Notes: generated from the sequence alone by a model not told the origin. Numbered from the stretch's first letter, positions 26,471-40,570 are shown. The stretch is DNA of 64,000 bases from Lama guanicoe (GCA_013239625.1 MU056050.1:3272084-3336083), one strand, 5' to 3'. Translations and numbers: made by a program.

Positions 26471-27649
26471 CCTGTCAAAAGTTGGAATTCTTCTTGGAGG
26501 TGCACACTGAGTGAAAAGAGGCTTGCAGTTAAGGACTTGTTTTTAGCATTCTGGATCCTAAATTTTCCTTGGCAGCCCAGCCCAGTTTTGTAGTACTCTA
26601 TCCAGTTTCGAAAATAAACCATAAGGAAAATAAACCTATAAAGAAAAGAATGGATGCATATCCTTCACTCCTGAGTCTTCCAACTCTGTCTTAGTAAACA
26701 GTGCTACGTGATCAAGGTAGATGGTTGATTAGACTGAAGGTGAAATGAAACTGAACAGCCTCAAATCTTCCTGAAAGTTCCTCACACATCCAAGGGATAC
26801 CGCATATTGACATGGTGCATAGTGGCTCATCATAGTAAGTAGTTCTTACGGTAGGGGGGAGGGGATGATAATATGCATTTTGATGAAGCTGCTTTTGATA
26901 TATCTTCCCTCTGATCCCCTTCCCCCAGCTCCCTCCAAATTTTGAGTCATTACCCTGTGGTCAGACGGGAGGATCCCCTCCTGCAAAGTGTTTATTAGAT
27001 TTTCATCAAAATCATTTATAAATATTGCTTTCAGTATCCCTCTGCAAAGGGGCAAAACCCAATGAGCACAATGAAGGCAAAAGTAAAACGACACCAATGT
27101 CCCCTCATTGCGGAGTGACACATTATAAATACAGGTCTACAGAAAACAATAAAGGACATTTCCTTCATTTGAACGTGATGACATGGGCATAATGTGATTC
27201 TTAAGCCACGTCAGAGGATCTGAAGGAAAGACCAAGGCCATTTGATAGGCAGCGCTGTAAAGTTATGACAGTATCTGAACAATACTAAATTAATGGCTAG
27301 AGTCGTGCAAAAAATCGTAGATAATGTAGGAAGTCATGAGGCCAAATCCAACCCAAGCTGATTTCAATCTCTACCCCATGCTAAATCAATGTCTCCCTAT
27401 CCTACCTTCAATCCTGTCTTATCCTTCTCCCCAGCTCCCCCTCACCTCCTCTTCACCATCAACATACACACATGAAGTTTTCCAAGAGGAAAGCAAACCG
27501 ACAAGCTTCCAATAAACTAGTCTTTGACACGTTAATTAACCAGGCCTGTGTGTTGTTTGTCAGAGGAGCAGGGCTGCATTTTGTGTGGTGGGTGTCAGGG
27601 ATCGGGTGAGGTAAAAATAATTTGTCATCAAATATTTGGAAACACTTAC

Positions 27650-27706
27650 CTTGAGTAGACCCAGCTTGAGCTTCCATGTCACAACAAACAGGAGAGAATT
27701 TAAAAC
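27650..27706 (-). CDS. TENM1: Teneurin-1 short coding exon (third coding exon), 57 nt, phase 1-1
   Basis: Encodes (G)FKFSPVCCDMEAQAGSTQ, the known continuation of teneurin-1 after DGENG. Acceptor tgctattacag|GT; donor CAAG|gtaagt. In frame with the upstream exon across a 1650-nt intron. Confidence 0.95.
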
Positions 27707-27796
27707 CTGTAATAGCAAACATTTTTACTAATTAATCCTTGTCCAAATCATCTGGGATGAGTCAATCTTCAATCCTGACCCTTCATCCAGCAGTAT

Positions 27797-27958
27797 TTTT
27801 TAAATAACAGATTCAATGAAATATGATTCACATACCATAATGTTCACCCTCTTAAAGTGTACAGTTTAGTGGCTTTTAGTATTTTCACAGAGTTGTACAA
27901 CTATTACCACTACCTAATTCCAGAATAGTTTCATCACCCTAAAAGAAACCCCATACGT
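27797..27958 (-). mobile_element. L1MB-type 3' terminal fragment
   Basis: ttaaagtgtacagtttagtggcttttagtattttcacagagttgtacaactattaccac...ccagaatagtttcatcaccctaaaagaaacccc. Confidence 0.82.
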
Positions 27959-29356
27959 AGGGTCTTGCAAGAGTAGAATGGTGGAGCCCCGTGGGGAAGC
28001 TTTTCTTTTATTTTAATATTTCCACTCAGTGAACTGACTAGAACCTCTTTGTCAGGAGTGAGATGAGGGAGAAAAGGAAGTCTGGGAAAAACAGGAGATC
28101 ATCTATCATCACAATTCACATACATTTGATCATTCATTATCTTTCCTGTTCAACAGGTGAAACCCAGAAAGCTGTAGGGACCAGTCCAAGTTCTCGTAAC
28201 TTCCATCTTAATGCTCTTTCACTAACATGAATATATAAGACATAAATCAAATATGTTCCCTTCTCACTTCCATACTTCACCTCCTCTACACCCTTGGCCA
28301 AAGTCAGCAATACATACATACATACATGAAAATAAACTGAAAACATCAAGACCCTCAAGGATATTTGGCAATATTACAAAGTGTACTGGCCTATCTTTGA
28401 GGAAATGATATTCTAACTCATTGGCAAATGGTCATTCCTGATTAAATCTTTGTGGCCAGTATCCCCTATGGGCTGAAAGAGGCAGAGGAGGATGAAATAG
28501 AAAAAAGCTGCAGGTACCGGGCTGTTGGCTACCTCTCTGGCACCTGAGAAAATACTAATTAGCCACTGTTAGGCCTGGTGGCCTTGTGGTCATGGTGTTG
28601 GGACCTACGAAATTTAGACAAACAGAATGATGAAGAGATTAGATTAACGTGTTTAATAAACATTAATGTGATTTTTATGAAAGGATTTTGTTCGTTAGTA
28701 GAGACAGAAGAGCAGAAAGTAAAATAAATTAATCTCTTCCCAACAAATCAAAAATACAAAACTTTTTCATTTCTAAAAGTTGTAAGTAAATAATGGATAA
28801 TTACAATTTAATGATACTTATTGTCTAGCAATTGGCTGATTTTAATTTACCTCCTTTTTTTTTTTAATCATTTCAGTCTAACCTGGTTAATTTGCATGTC
28901 TGTACACTTGACAGGTCAATCTGAATCAAGATAGAAAGCACATGCAGGATATGCTTGCTACACAATTGTTCATCTCACTGTTCACATATTGATATGAAGC
29001 CAAAATACGTGAAATGAGTACTTCTATAATAAATGTCACTAGTATTGTACTGGAAAATAAAGATGAAAATAAAAGATGAGTAATAAATAAGACACACACA
29101 ATATTGCTGACTACAGGAGATTATTTCCCTTGGGGGAATCACCAGAAATAAAAAGCATTTTGTCTATTGTTGTAAATGAATGTGTCTATTTGCCAGATAC
29201 TCAGGTACATGCCTTGTCCAGGGGACCCCGCTAACCTGCGTTTCCTCTCTGCATACTAAACAAAAGACAGGCAGACACAGGGAGGGAAAACAAATCAAAG
29301 GCAAAACCCGGCATTCCCTCTGGGTTTTACTTAAATAGCATAGACAGTTCTATTAC

Positions 29357-29617
29357 CGTTTTCCCCATCAGACTTCCTTTCATGGTCAGTGTCCGTCAAG
29401 GACAATGCAGAGTTGGCCCGGCTGGACAAACAGGAGCTATGCTCTGACTTCATGCCCCTTATCCACATTCTTAGTGCATGGTCAGGCGAGGCAGCCCCTT
29501 CTGTCTCCGTGTCCACATCAGACCCCATCTCTAGCTGGTAGCCATGCCGAGAGACATTGTGCATGTCTGTCTGGTAGCCAGAGCACAGAGTGTGAGGAGG
29601 TTCACAAAATTCCATCT
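29357..29617 (-). CDS. TENM1: Teneurin-1 internal coding exon (intracellular domain; equivalent to the second coding exon), 261 nt, phase 1-1
   Basis: Translates to (E)MEFCEPPHTLCSGYQTDMHNVSRHGYQLEMGSDVDTETEGAASPDHALRMWIRGMKSEHSSCLSSRANSALSLTDTDHERKSDGEN(G), recognised as the teneurin-1 N-terminal intracellular domain. Acceptor tgtttcttctcag|AG at 29618/29617; donor AACG|gtaata at 29357/29356. Confidence 0.96.
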
Positions 29618-31476
29618 CTGAGAAGAAACAAAGTTCAGAGAAAAAGTTTAGAAGCGTACAAAAATACCTGATAAAATTCTACTTTTTTGTCCTTTTGTCC
29701 CCCTCCCCTACTGCTAGTATTTATGTTTTTGCAAAGTTAGAATTCCGGCCTTTTTATTTATGGTAACTAGGATTCTGTGCTTATTTTGCACTTCTGTAGC
29801 TTAAAATTATGCTACTGTTGATTCTTACAAGGTTCTGGAAAAAGCATGCCCAAAATAGCTTTATAGCTACAATTTTAGGCTGCCCAAAATGTAATGAAAT
29901 AAGTGAGTGCAGAGGAGTATAAAGTGTAGCGAGCTGTCCTTTAAAAGATATTTCTCTTCTAGGAAGAATATATATGATCTGTAGAGCACACCTATGCTTA
30001 AAATATTAAAATTATTGACTTTTCTAAGTATTTCATACATCTTAGAGTTAAGAATAAATAATTCAACATGAACACTCTGAGGAAAAAACATTAAGTTTAA
30101 ATATACTTTTTCAAAAGCATTTTCCCTAAAACACATTAATCTAAACTCTAAAATTATGAGTATTTAATATCACTATTTCCCACTGTCCCCAAAGGAGATT
30201 GAGGCTGACTTTATGTTAATTATTCTGTTTCATTCATTCCTTCAAGAAATACATCGGAATGTTTCAGTTGTATATTGCACCTCAGCAGTGCTTCATGGTT
30301 TCGATTTTCCCCCCAACTCCCTCAAGCCTTAGAATCCTAAAATGTTTAGGATCTTAAAGACGATGTAACGAATCCCCTCTGTTTACAGTTTAGGAAAATG
30401 GAGTCCAGAGGGTAGATGTCACTTGTCCATAGCCCATGTCAGATGGCGACAGCCCTTTTTCCTAAAACACTCATCTGCCCATAGTGTCTCCTAGACACCA
30501 GTGAAGCCCCAATCAACTTACTGCATGAATATCAGGCATTATTCAGTCTTACAGTCAATTTTGCATTCAATTATGGCAAGGTGTCAAAAAAGGGAAAAAA
30601 CTGTTTTAACAGTCCCTAATAAGTTAATGAAAAATGACCACATGCCAAGACATATCATCTGAAATGTCTATGTAATACTCAGATAAGGTAATCCGGGGAT
30701 GTTATACACTATATAGGATTTTCTCAGACGGACATCAGAGACAGGGTATGTTGTTTGGCCAGGAGGAAGCTTAACTGAGTACATCTAATCCTTAGCACAT
30801 ATCAATAGAAGGCAAACCCTTAAATGAATTTAATTCTTTGAATACAGAAAGTGCTAGAATTTAGACCGACCACATACTAGAAAGAAGTGTACAGAATATG
30901 AATATATTCCTTAAAATAGCTATTTTTTGTGACATGTAATTGCCAAAGGTTTAACAAATCAAATCTTAATGCTTATTTAATAGCCATTAGGTGCCCAACA
31001 CCGTGCTCCGTGAAACAGATATTGTAGGCAAATAAAGCTATTATATTGTATTAGAAGTCAATTATAAATTAATTCTTTCAGGGTTATACGTCATTCTGCT
31101 GAGAATGTTGCTTATGATTTCTGTGACGAATGTCTTTAAGAGTAATTCTATTTCTCTACCAAAATTTGCCTAAATTCCAAAGGAGTGATTTTTAAAAATA
31201 GGCATGGTTTCTACTCGTCAAACATAAAACCTTATGAAACTGCCTCTCCTTGACATAAGGCTAAAAGTAAAATTCCATTTTGCCCAATATAAATCTTAGT
31301 GATCTAGAATATTGTGATCGGTTAATATTCATGCCTCTTAATTTCACAATGTTTCATTATCCAATCCTGCTGTGCAGTGTTGCTACAGCAACCTGGTCAT
31401 GAACCTGTCAGCTGGGAGCTATCGGGAAGGAATTTCATATAGGCCTGCGTTCACAACTTCCTTCATCCCCCTAGAC

Positions 31477-31675
31477 CATTGGTTCCCAAACTTGAGCATG
31501 CTTCAGAATCACCTGGAAGGTTTGTCAAAACACAGATTGCTGCTCCTCCCCCCACGCCTCCGTTTTAGTGTCTGATTCAGCTGGTCTGCAGTACTGTTGG
31601 AGAACCTGCACTTGTAACAAGTTCCCAGGTAAGGCCTATGCTATTTGTCCAGGGACCACACTCTGAAAACTTCTT
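31477..31675. mobile_element. MER5A (hAT-Charlie MITE) with 8-bp TSD
   Basis: cattggttcccaaacttgagcatgcttcagaatcacctgga...aacaagttcccaggt...agggaccacactctgaaaac; flanks ccctagac (31469-31476) and ccctagag (31676-31683). Confidence 0.88.
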
Positions 31676-32879
31676 CCCTAGAGATTTCTCTGAAGTCAGT
31701 GGGAGCCAGGAAAAGGGTTCTGAAGTGAGAGAGTAACCTTACTGTAGCATTCCCAATGATTTTGCAACAGGAGCTCAAATTCTATTTTGGAGACACAAGC
31801 ACGAAAGAATTAGTGTGAAGTGCCCTCCATTTATTTGCAATGGTTTCAACGTGCTAATTAGGAAATTTACTTTCAAAAGCACAAACTTGCATTTATTTTC
31901 ACTCATACAATGGCATATGAGATGTGACTTTCCAAATATTTTAATATGAAGATCTGAGTCACAATAAGGACATTCATTGGAACAGGATAAGCAAATAAAA
32001 ATAAATGCACACCCAATTTGTCATTCCAGATAATAAAATAACAGAAAAGGTTAAAAAAAAACTGACGAATATAAGCAGAATGTCTCTTTGTTAAAGAGAT
32101 GTTTTTTACCCATTCAAAAAGAAACTTGAAGATGGATTTGTCCCCTTTTAAGGAAATGTAGTGTAATACAATCAAAAAATTGCATAAGATTTCTATTGGA
32201 ACTATGATTTGAATATAAAGACTAAACCCCAAATTCTCCAACTAAATAAAGTCAGATAAAAGTACACTTCCTTGCCAATATAAAATTTTGAAAAGCAACA
32301 ATCCAATTAAGCTATCAGTAGCTCTTTATTTTAATGGTAAAGCACAAAAAGAAAATAGAAAGAAAGAAAGAAAGAAAAGCAAAAATTTCACTTATTTACA
32401 CTAAGTGACATTCATTCAAATGCCTCGCTTCCTTTTCTTGAAATCAATGTTACCACTGTAAATTATTTCCTTAAATAGACAAACGTCTTGGTGGGGTTCA
32501 AAATTCCCATAGGATGCATTTTCCATAAAGAACTTACAAGGCACTATAAGTGGATGTTTTTAGCCTTGCACATATAACCTTGTTACCTAAAATACTACAT
32601 ATTCCCTAGAGAAGATAAAAGTTCAATTGGATTTATTATAGATCTATTCTTACCAAAAAACTAGCCACAAGAGAAATGTAAGTACTATCTTAGAATATTT
32701 AAGATTTAAGTGGATAAACTGGTACTGTGAGAAACTACATTTCAAGAGTAAACAGACATAAATGTTGCCAAATAAATGATGTATGTTGGCCCCATGAACA
32801 TGTATTTAATGTTTAGTGTAAGGAAAGCCGATTTTGCAGCCTAGTAGGAAACAAAATCTGAGCAGATTAATAAACAGTT

Positions 32880-33712
32880 AAAATCTAATTTTCAAAATGG
32901 GCAAAAGATTTGAAGAGATACTGCACAAAAAAGATATAGGAATGACCAATAAATGAATGAAAAGATACTCAACCTCATTAGTTATTAGGAAAGTACAAAT
33001 TAAAACCACATTGAGCTACCACTACAGACCTACCAGAATGGCTAAAAAATTCTGATCACACCAAGTGATGGCTAGGATGTGGAGCAACTACATACACTGC
33101 TGGTGAGAAAGAAAAATGGTACAACCACCTTGGAAAAGAAATTGGCAGTTTCCTAAAAAGGTAAAGCTATATTTAACAGGAGAACAATGCACTATGGACA
33201 TTTATAATGAAGAAATAAAAAGTTCTGTCCATACAAAAATCTGTACAAGATTGTTCAGAAGCTTAATTCATAAGAGCTAAAAATTAGAGACAACCCAAAT
33301 GTCCATGAATAGCTGAAAGGATAAATCACCTGTGGTATGTCCACACTATGTAATACTACTCAGTCCAAAAAAGATTGAACTATTGATACGTAACAAGATG
33401 CATGGGCCTCAAAATAATTATGCTGAGTGAAAAAAGATCAACAGAATGTGTATGTACTGTATGCTTCCATTTAAATAAAGTTCTATAAAATGCAAACGAG
33501 TCTATAGCGACAGTAGATCAGTGGTTTCCTGGGGAAGAGACTAAGGGAAAAGTGGAGAACAAAGGGGCACAAGGAAACCTTTGGGATGATCTAAATACCT
33601 GCTACCTTGACTGCAGCAATAGTTTCACATATGTATGCATACCAAAATTTACCAAAGTGCACACTTTAAGTATGTGTAGCTTGTTGTACTTCAATTATAC
33701 CTCTATAATTGT
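32880..33712 (+). mobile_element. L1MC/L1MD-type ORF2 end and 3'UTR
   Basis: aaaatgggcaaaagatttgaa...caaattaaaaccaca...ggatgtggagcaac...caacccaaatgtcca...tcaattatacctc. Confidence 0.85.
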
Positions 33713-36700
33713 TTTGTTAGTGGATTTTACAACCCACTAAAAAAAGTAAGAGAGTGAGGAGACTGGAAAACCAGTCAATTTTCATAGGTGAAGCCAAGGG
33801 TCTCTGAGCTAGAAGGAGGCCCTGTTTCTTTCCTTCTAGTGGAATAAAGTACATGTGATATGAATGAAAAGGTAGTCAAAATGCGGTTTTGCTTACACCT
33901 AAGCCAAGAGGCAATCAAGGCTAAGTGCTGCATGATTTCTCAGTGACCCTCTAGGGAGCACTATTTTCCTAGGAACATAATAGTTGAAAGCCAGTTTCAG
34001 TGGGGAAGTGAGATTAAACTGATCACTGATGAGCTTTCAGCAGCAAAGGGAACACTCTGTAGTTGGGGATCATGAGTTGGGGATAAGTTGAGTGGATCTG
34101 GCATGAAGGATCACTTTAGGCCTCTATGAATGCTAATAAATTAATAATTTAAAATTATTTTATGAATACTGAATAAAATGAACTACTTTATTTTCTCTCT
34201 AAATTGAGGGATTGATCTTCAGGTGTTCAGCCTGGAGAAGTCATTTATCATAACTTGAAAGGGGAAGTAATAGTTATTTACATCAGCGTTTTTCTAGGAA
34301 TGTGACTTCTGAGTTTCTGATAAACTTTATTCTTCTTAAAGTTCTACCCAACCACCCTTCCTGTAAAGATGAAGCTTTAAGCCATCACACTCCAAATAAA
34401 TAATTGGAGGTCAAAAAGCATGATAAATCTTAGCCATGACCCAAGTGATTTGGAATATAACTTCCAAAGAGTGTAGTCCATTTCCAAAATAAGAAAGAGA
34501 GAGAGGGGATAATATTATTAGTTTTAACTACTATGACTCATAACAAGCCTATGGACTATATGCAAAAGCAAGTGTCAGTAATTAGCCATGTGGTTTCTGG
34601 ATAAGTCATTTAATATCTTGGGGCCTCAGTTTCTTCACTCACAAAATGTTCAGGTCCAACCAGAAATAAATCTCTAGGTGAACTCCTGTGTTATAAAATT
34701 CTGTAATTATAGGCTAAGCCTGTTATGGCAAAATGTGGAATGGTTAATATTTTCAAATGGTAAAAGAATTAGTGGTTTTATGAGTCAAGGTGCTATTCAT
34801 ACTTCTGTGAAGGATAATTACACACATTAGCTAAATAAGATCTTGTGTCATGATTATAGGTCTTGCTATGTTAATGTATTGATGCAGCTTAGGTATCCAT
34901 TGTGAATTGCAAGATTATTAATAGGGTATGTAAAATATACCATGTAAAAAGTCAACTGAGTAAACAGTTTACTCATCAAACACAAAATTATCAGTTTATA
35001 AATATGGCTATTACAAACAGTATTCTCAGGCATAACGAATTAAAATTCACACAATTATAAAGTACTACAGACCCACTAATAACTCATTATTGGCTCTAAG
35101 GAAACATACAATGAGTTATTACAGTCTTAAGCAAGCAGTACAAGGAAGGAAGGGAGACCAGACTGGAGACACAAAATTTTCACAACTGGGTACCATTTTG
35201 TATTTCTCAGTTTGAGATCTTTGAAAGGAAAAGGATATCAAATTGTCAAACAAATCAGTTAATGTAAGTTTACTTAAACACAGCCCTGCTGAACACCCAC
35301 TCAATTTCAAGTCAAGAAAACAAAACAAAATAGACTTCTCTGATTCCTCTTAGTCTTAGAAAATTAGCCCAATTTAATTTCCTCTTCTCTTACTTTGTGA
35401 AAAGCTTGATCAAAGGCACAGGACTGTACTAGGGACTGAGTAGACTGAGTTAAGAGGACCATGTCATGTCCTCTGGCAAGTTCCACAGAGAGCTTTTTTA
35501 AAGGTCTAAATGACAGCAAAGTAATAACGGCACACCACCCAGACCTGACCTTTATTTTTCTGCTGAGGGAGCATCAGCCCTTTCTGGGGCACAGAAGTGA
35601 GAGATGGCAGGCTCCCACATGCAAGTCTAGAGACTGGGGTTATCAGAGGACTTCAATAGGTAAGCTTCCTGAAGCCTAATCTCCCCCTTCACAGTTCCAA
35701 ATGCACCCACTATCCTGGTATTTAGGACCTACCAATTATACCTTATTTAATTTTCAAGATTTCTCCATCTGTCAGTATGGTGAAAAGTACAGCAACAAAT
35801 CTGGGCAGAGTTAAAAGCCTGAAGTATAAACATTCATGCTCTGTGACCCATATTGGCTAACTGGAACCACCCCAGAACATAGTTAAAAGACCATGTTTAT
35901 GTCAAAAAGGATGTTCTCAAAGGTAAAGTAAGTTGCAAATTTGTAAAAATGGCTCAAACCAAAGAAGGACACAGAAATACAACGTAAAGTCAAAAGGAAG
36001 GAAGATGAGGTAGGAACCCAGAAGAAATCAAAAGGGACTCCAATCATATTTAGAGAGATGAAAATATCCTTTGGCAATCTAAGAAGGAAAAGAATCTGAT
36101 GTGGGAATAAACAACTTCTATTTCCTTGAACTAATATTCATCTTAGTGCAGGGTCCAGTTTAGACTATACTCACAGAAGATAGGAGAACTTGCTCTGAAG
36201 CTACAGACAGTAGTTATCACTACAATTAAAAAGGTGATGCCTGTTCTACAGCATTCATAACAGGAGTCTGGAAAAAGAATCAGGGACTAGAAAAGATGGT
36301 GGGAGGTCCTGGATGTCAGCAGAAATTTTAATCAATGAGAACCTGTACATATTCCCTTTATACCAACATTTCGAATGAGACAGAGACTTCCTGGCCTAAA
36401 TGAGAAATTTTCAGGGCTACTGAACACTGAAAATGCATGGTGCTCAATGGCCCTAAAAATTTCTCATTTCTTACCTGTGTTGGTCCAATTTTCTGGCTGT
36501 TCATATCACTTTGGAGCCTAAATCCTTATTGACCACTATGGTCTTCCAGGTATACTTCTGTATTTTCATTATGTTCACTAAGCATGTGAAACTGTTTGTT
36601 TAATGCATGTATGTGTATGTGTTCATTTTAAACCATATTAATCTGCAGCACAATTTCATCTAGAAAAGAACAGTGAGCTCTTTAGAGTTAGATGACCACT

Positions 36701-38039
36701 AAAAACACTTGCAAGTGTTTCAAAAAACATACTCTTGAAGGCAAACAATGTGACTTCTACAACATTCTACACTCTCTGTAAGCATTTATTTTGTGATGAT
36801 TGAGAAAGATATCAAGATAGAACTGTGCATCAGAGTCACTGTCCACAAAGAACTACTGAATAAACTACATCCTGCTCCATTAGGGGATTCTTCTTACCAT
36901 CTTTCAAAGATGCCCTATTTATTTTTGCCTCTGTATCTTTGGACAAGTGGTGCCAACCACTCGAATTATGACCCTCTGATTTTTCACTAATCTAATGCCT
37001 AACAATTGGCCTGGATCAGTACCTTCACAAAGTGTTCTCCAACTTTCCTCTCCCTCCTCCCCATAATCTTACCTTTCTTTACAGCATATCTAATCTTTAC
37101 TACATGATTTTATACCTGATTGTATATCTTTTCTGTATATCATCTGTATTACCTCCTGAACTAGACCTCTGGATCCTATAGCGTTTTGTAAACTTTTAGT
37201 ATCTCTCAGAATCAAATGAGATAACTTCTGCAAAGTGTTGAAGGACTATATAAATATAAGGTGGCATTGCCATACCTCTGGCCTTAGAATAATTCTAGGC
37301 AAGGAGTGATCATAAAATACTGAAGTTTTAAAGTCAGTAGTTAATATGAAACCACTCTTGAAAGGGTTAAATTCTTGAATACAATTACGACACATATGAG
37401 ATGGCTTTGCTTAACATAAAACAATGCTCGCCAATGCAAATTGAAAAATTGTTATTTTGGTAAATTAGCAATGCATTTCAAAGAATATAGGCTCCACAAA
37501 TTTGGCAAGAAGGGAAACACAGCAACCCGATGGCTGTGGACTTAGGAAAAGAACAACTTACAGCAATATTAGACTAAAGGGGAACAAGTTCTCTGTATCA
37601 TCTTCTGACTAAAATAAAGGAAGCTGTCCCCACTATACTTTTTGCCTTAATGAACTGAAAAATGAATCCCTATTAAAATCCTTCAAAATATATCCTAGGG
37701 TATAAAACTGGGAGGCCTTTGATAAAACCAATCACAAAGCCTTGGTAAAAGATGATCTTTTAGCTGGCTTGAGTCAAAATGTCTTTTGTTTCTCTTACCC
37801 ATCAGTTTCATCCCAAACACCAGACAGAAATTACCATATTGGTAAATCTGTGGAGTGTCCTGGAATGAAGAGGTGGCTCCTCTGAGAGACTCTGTTTTCA
37901 TGAACTCAGAGAAATTTTTTTTCAGAGATAGAAGAAACTCTCCAAATGCACAAAGGTTGTGGAAAGAACTTAGGATATTCATCAGGGACTTTTAGATTTG
38001 AACTCTCTTTAGAGAAAAACTAAGTTCTGGAGAAGAATT

Positions 38040-39320
38040 CCACCTCCAGTCGATAGGGTGACAGGGATCAAATTTATTCTCCTGCTGAAACAACAGCAAT
38101 AAAAAACAGACAAAATGTATGAAACAATGGTTTTCAGACACTGGGCAGCATAGGACAGTGATCCCTGAGATACAGGAAACACATGAGAGGAGCCCTCTGA
38201 GTGCTCTGGCTCACTACCTGCAGAACTTCTAGGCCTCAGCGTGGGGAAGGAGAAGGCAGGTGGAGCCTGGCAGTCTCTCTGAGTTGAAGAGATGGGCCTG
38301 GTGGTCTAGGAAGGCCAAGACAGCTAGAGTTAGTGCTGCAGAGTAGCAGAGAGGAGAGAACTGCAGAGAAAGAACTCCAGAGATCTGGAGAAGTCCCCCT
38401 GGATATTCACCGGAGTCCTGAACAGCTCATGCATCCAAGGAAACCATTTGAGACTGGATAAAGAACCACCTGAAAGAATTAAAGGAAGCAACTTTGAATT
38501 TAACACAGGGCTACAAATAGTCCCTGTTCTCAACAGCCAGAGTGAAAAACCCCATAATTCATGAGCATGGAACAGAGTGTGCAAAAGGGTTTTGTATTCC
38601 TGTATCTATTACTGAACTTTGTTTTGAGGTCTAATCAATACTTGGCAACAGCTTTATCCTTTTGGGTCTTGCTTTTAAGCTTTGTTAGGTCAGTTGAGAG
38701 CAACATTTGCTCCAGGGCTAATTAGACTTTCATGGCTTACGAAGTTAAAATATACCTACTATATGATCTAACTATTCCACCCCTTGATATTTAACCAAGA
38801 GAAATGAAATCATGTGTCCATACAAAGACTTGTACACGAATGTTCAGAGCAGTTTCATTTGTAAGAGCCAAAAGCTGGAAATAACTCAAATAGCCATCAA
38901 CAGGTAAGTGAATGCAAACTCTCAAATACCCATACAATGGAATACTATTGAGCCATGGAAAGGAATGAACTATTGATGTATACAAAAACATGGATAAATA
39001 TCAAAGTGTGCTGAGTTTTTTAAAAAAGGGTCAAAAAGTCTACATATTATATTCTTCCATTTACATAAAACTCTGGAAAATGCAAACTAACCTACAGTAG
39101 CAGAAAGCAGATCCCAGGTTGCCTGGGAGTGGAGTGGGTAGTGGGTGGTGGAAGGAAAAGCATTACAAAGTGGCAAGAGGAAACTCTGTGGGGTTACTGA
39201 TGTGTTCACTATGATGATTGTGGTGATGTTTTCATGGGTCAAAATTTGCCAGATTGCAAACTATAAATATGTAGTTTATTGTATATTAATTACACCTTAC
39301 TAAGCAAGTTTTTAGAAAAT
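38040..39320 (+). mobile_element. Rearranged old L1M: 5'UTR-type segment, short inverted piece, then 3' end
   Basis: 38040-38594 resembles L1MC/MD 5' ends; 38596-38724 appears to be the continuation in reverse orientation; 38730-39320 is an L1MC/MD 3' end (atatgatctaactattccac, catgtgtccatacaaagacttgtacacgaatgttc). Confidence 0.7.
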
Positions 39321-40389
39321 GGAGAGAACTATAATGTTTTCTGTTTGCAAAATTTAAATATCCCAGCTGAACGCTGGGAGCAATGAAACAAAGTAACATG
39401 ACTGATAAGATTGAAAAACCAATCTGTGTTCACAAACTGCCATGAGTGAGGGAAATATATGAATTTCTCCTCAATGTCTGCCATTTTGCCCTCACTCTGG
39501 TGAAATCGGAAGGGCTTTCATTCTGGACACTGAAATTCCTGAATACTTAGGTCGCTATAGACTGATGTAAACATGATCAACAAATTAGGTTTGATCCTAG
39601 TATGGCAGGAAGGATTCATAGACCAATCTGGGCTCAATGATAAAAGTACCATGACAGATCAGGTGGCCTCAATACCGGTGACACACATTTGCCATTCCCA
39701 CCTCAGCAAGCTAGTTGCCTTTGTTTCATTCTATAGCTACAGATTTCTCACATAATCCTGGCTAATTATTCCAGCCAAATGCATATTATTTGTTTCAGAG
39801 AAGACTGCATGAGAGGAAATGGTTAACTCAGTGTAAATGCAGCCCTACTAGTTAAACAACCCTCAGAAGCTACTTCTTGATAATGGGAGGTTAGCAATTT
39901 CCCCTTTGTTTACCACTAATTTCAACAAGGGCTCTCTAGTAGCTTAGTGTACATACAGTCAGTGGTAAAATGAGTTATTGCACAGAAACAGTTTGCACAG
40001 TACTCAAACACTCTTAGCAATCAGGGCCAGTCTTGACCCCATTCTGAAGTTCATCCGAACTAATAGAATTATTTTTGAGAGTTGTGTTTACATTATAATC
40101 CTACCAGTACAAACTTGTATTTAGAAAGAAAGGCCATTCTCTATTTGCTGTGGAAGTCGAGAAACTAATCTACCTCATTTACCAGGAAATTCATTTGTAA
40201 CTGACAAAGTACAAAGTTTTAGACTTAACCACTTGGACTAGTAATTTTGATTTAAAAAAACACATTCTCCAGTCCTAGGGCACAAATGGATGAAAGTCAA
40301 GCTACCAAGGAACATGCAGTTTCACATACTGACAAAAACGTACCTCCAGACATGAGTCTAGCATCTTCAATGTTCCAGACCCCAAAACA

Positions 40390-40570
40390 TACATTATTTT
40401 ATTTAATCCCACAGTATGCCCTGTGAGAAAGGTTATTATCATCCCTATTTTTCAAATAAAGCAACTGAGGCTCCAAGAGAGATTATGTAAATTACCCAAG
40501 GCCACATACATACCAAGGGGCAAAGCTAACTTGGCACAATTTTAACGCTCAGTCCTAATCACTTTATACA
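40390..40570 (-). mobile_element. MIR SINE
   Basis: atttaatcccaca...ccctgtgag...tattatcatccctattt...aactgaggctc...cccaaggccaca. Confidence 0.8.

Noticed and set aside
27459..27649. ORF-track extension after STQ (GKCFQIF...)
   Set aside because: Intronic read-through past a consensus gtaagt donor.
1..27649. Further TENM1 exons (e.g. the proline-rich DVQSSPHNQF exon)
   Set aside because: No matching peptide seen in the ORF track or by eye; the next exon probably lies beyond the window, and the first coding exon was not seen above 29617 either.
29331..29356. ORF-track extension of the TENM1 exon (NRTVYAI*)
   Set aside because: Read-through past the GT donor into the intron; the true frame continues in the 57-nt exon.
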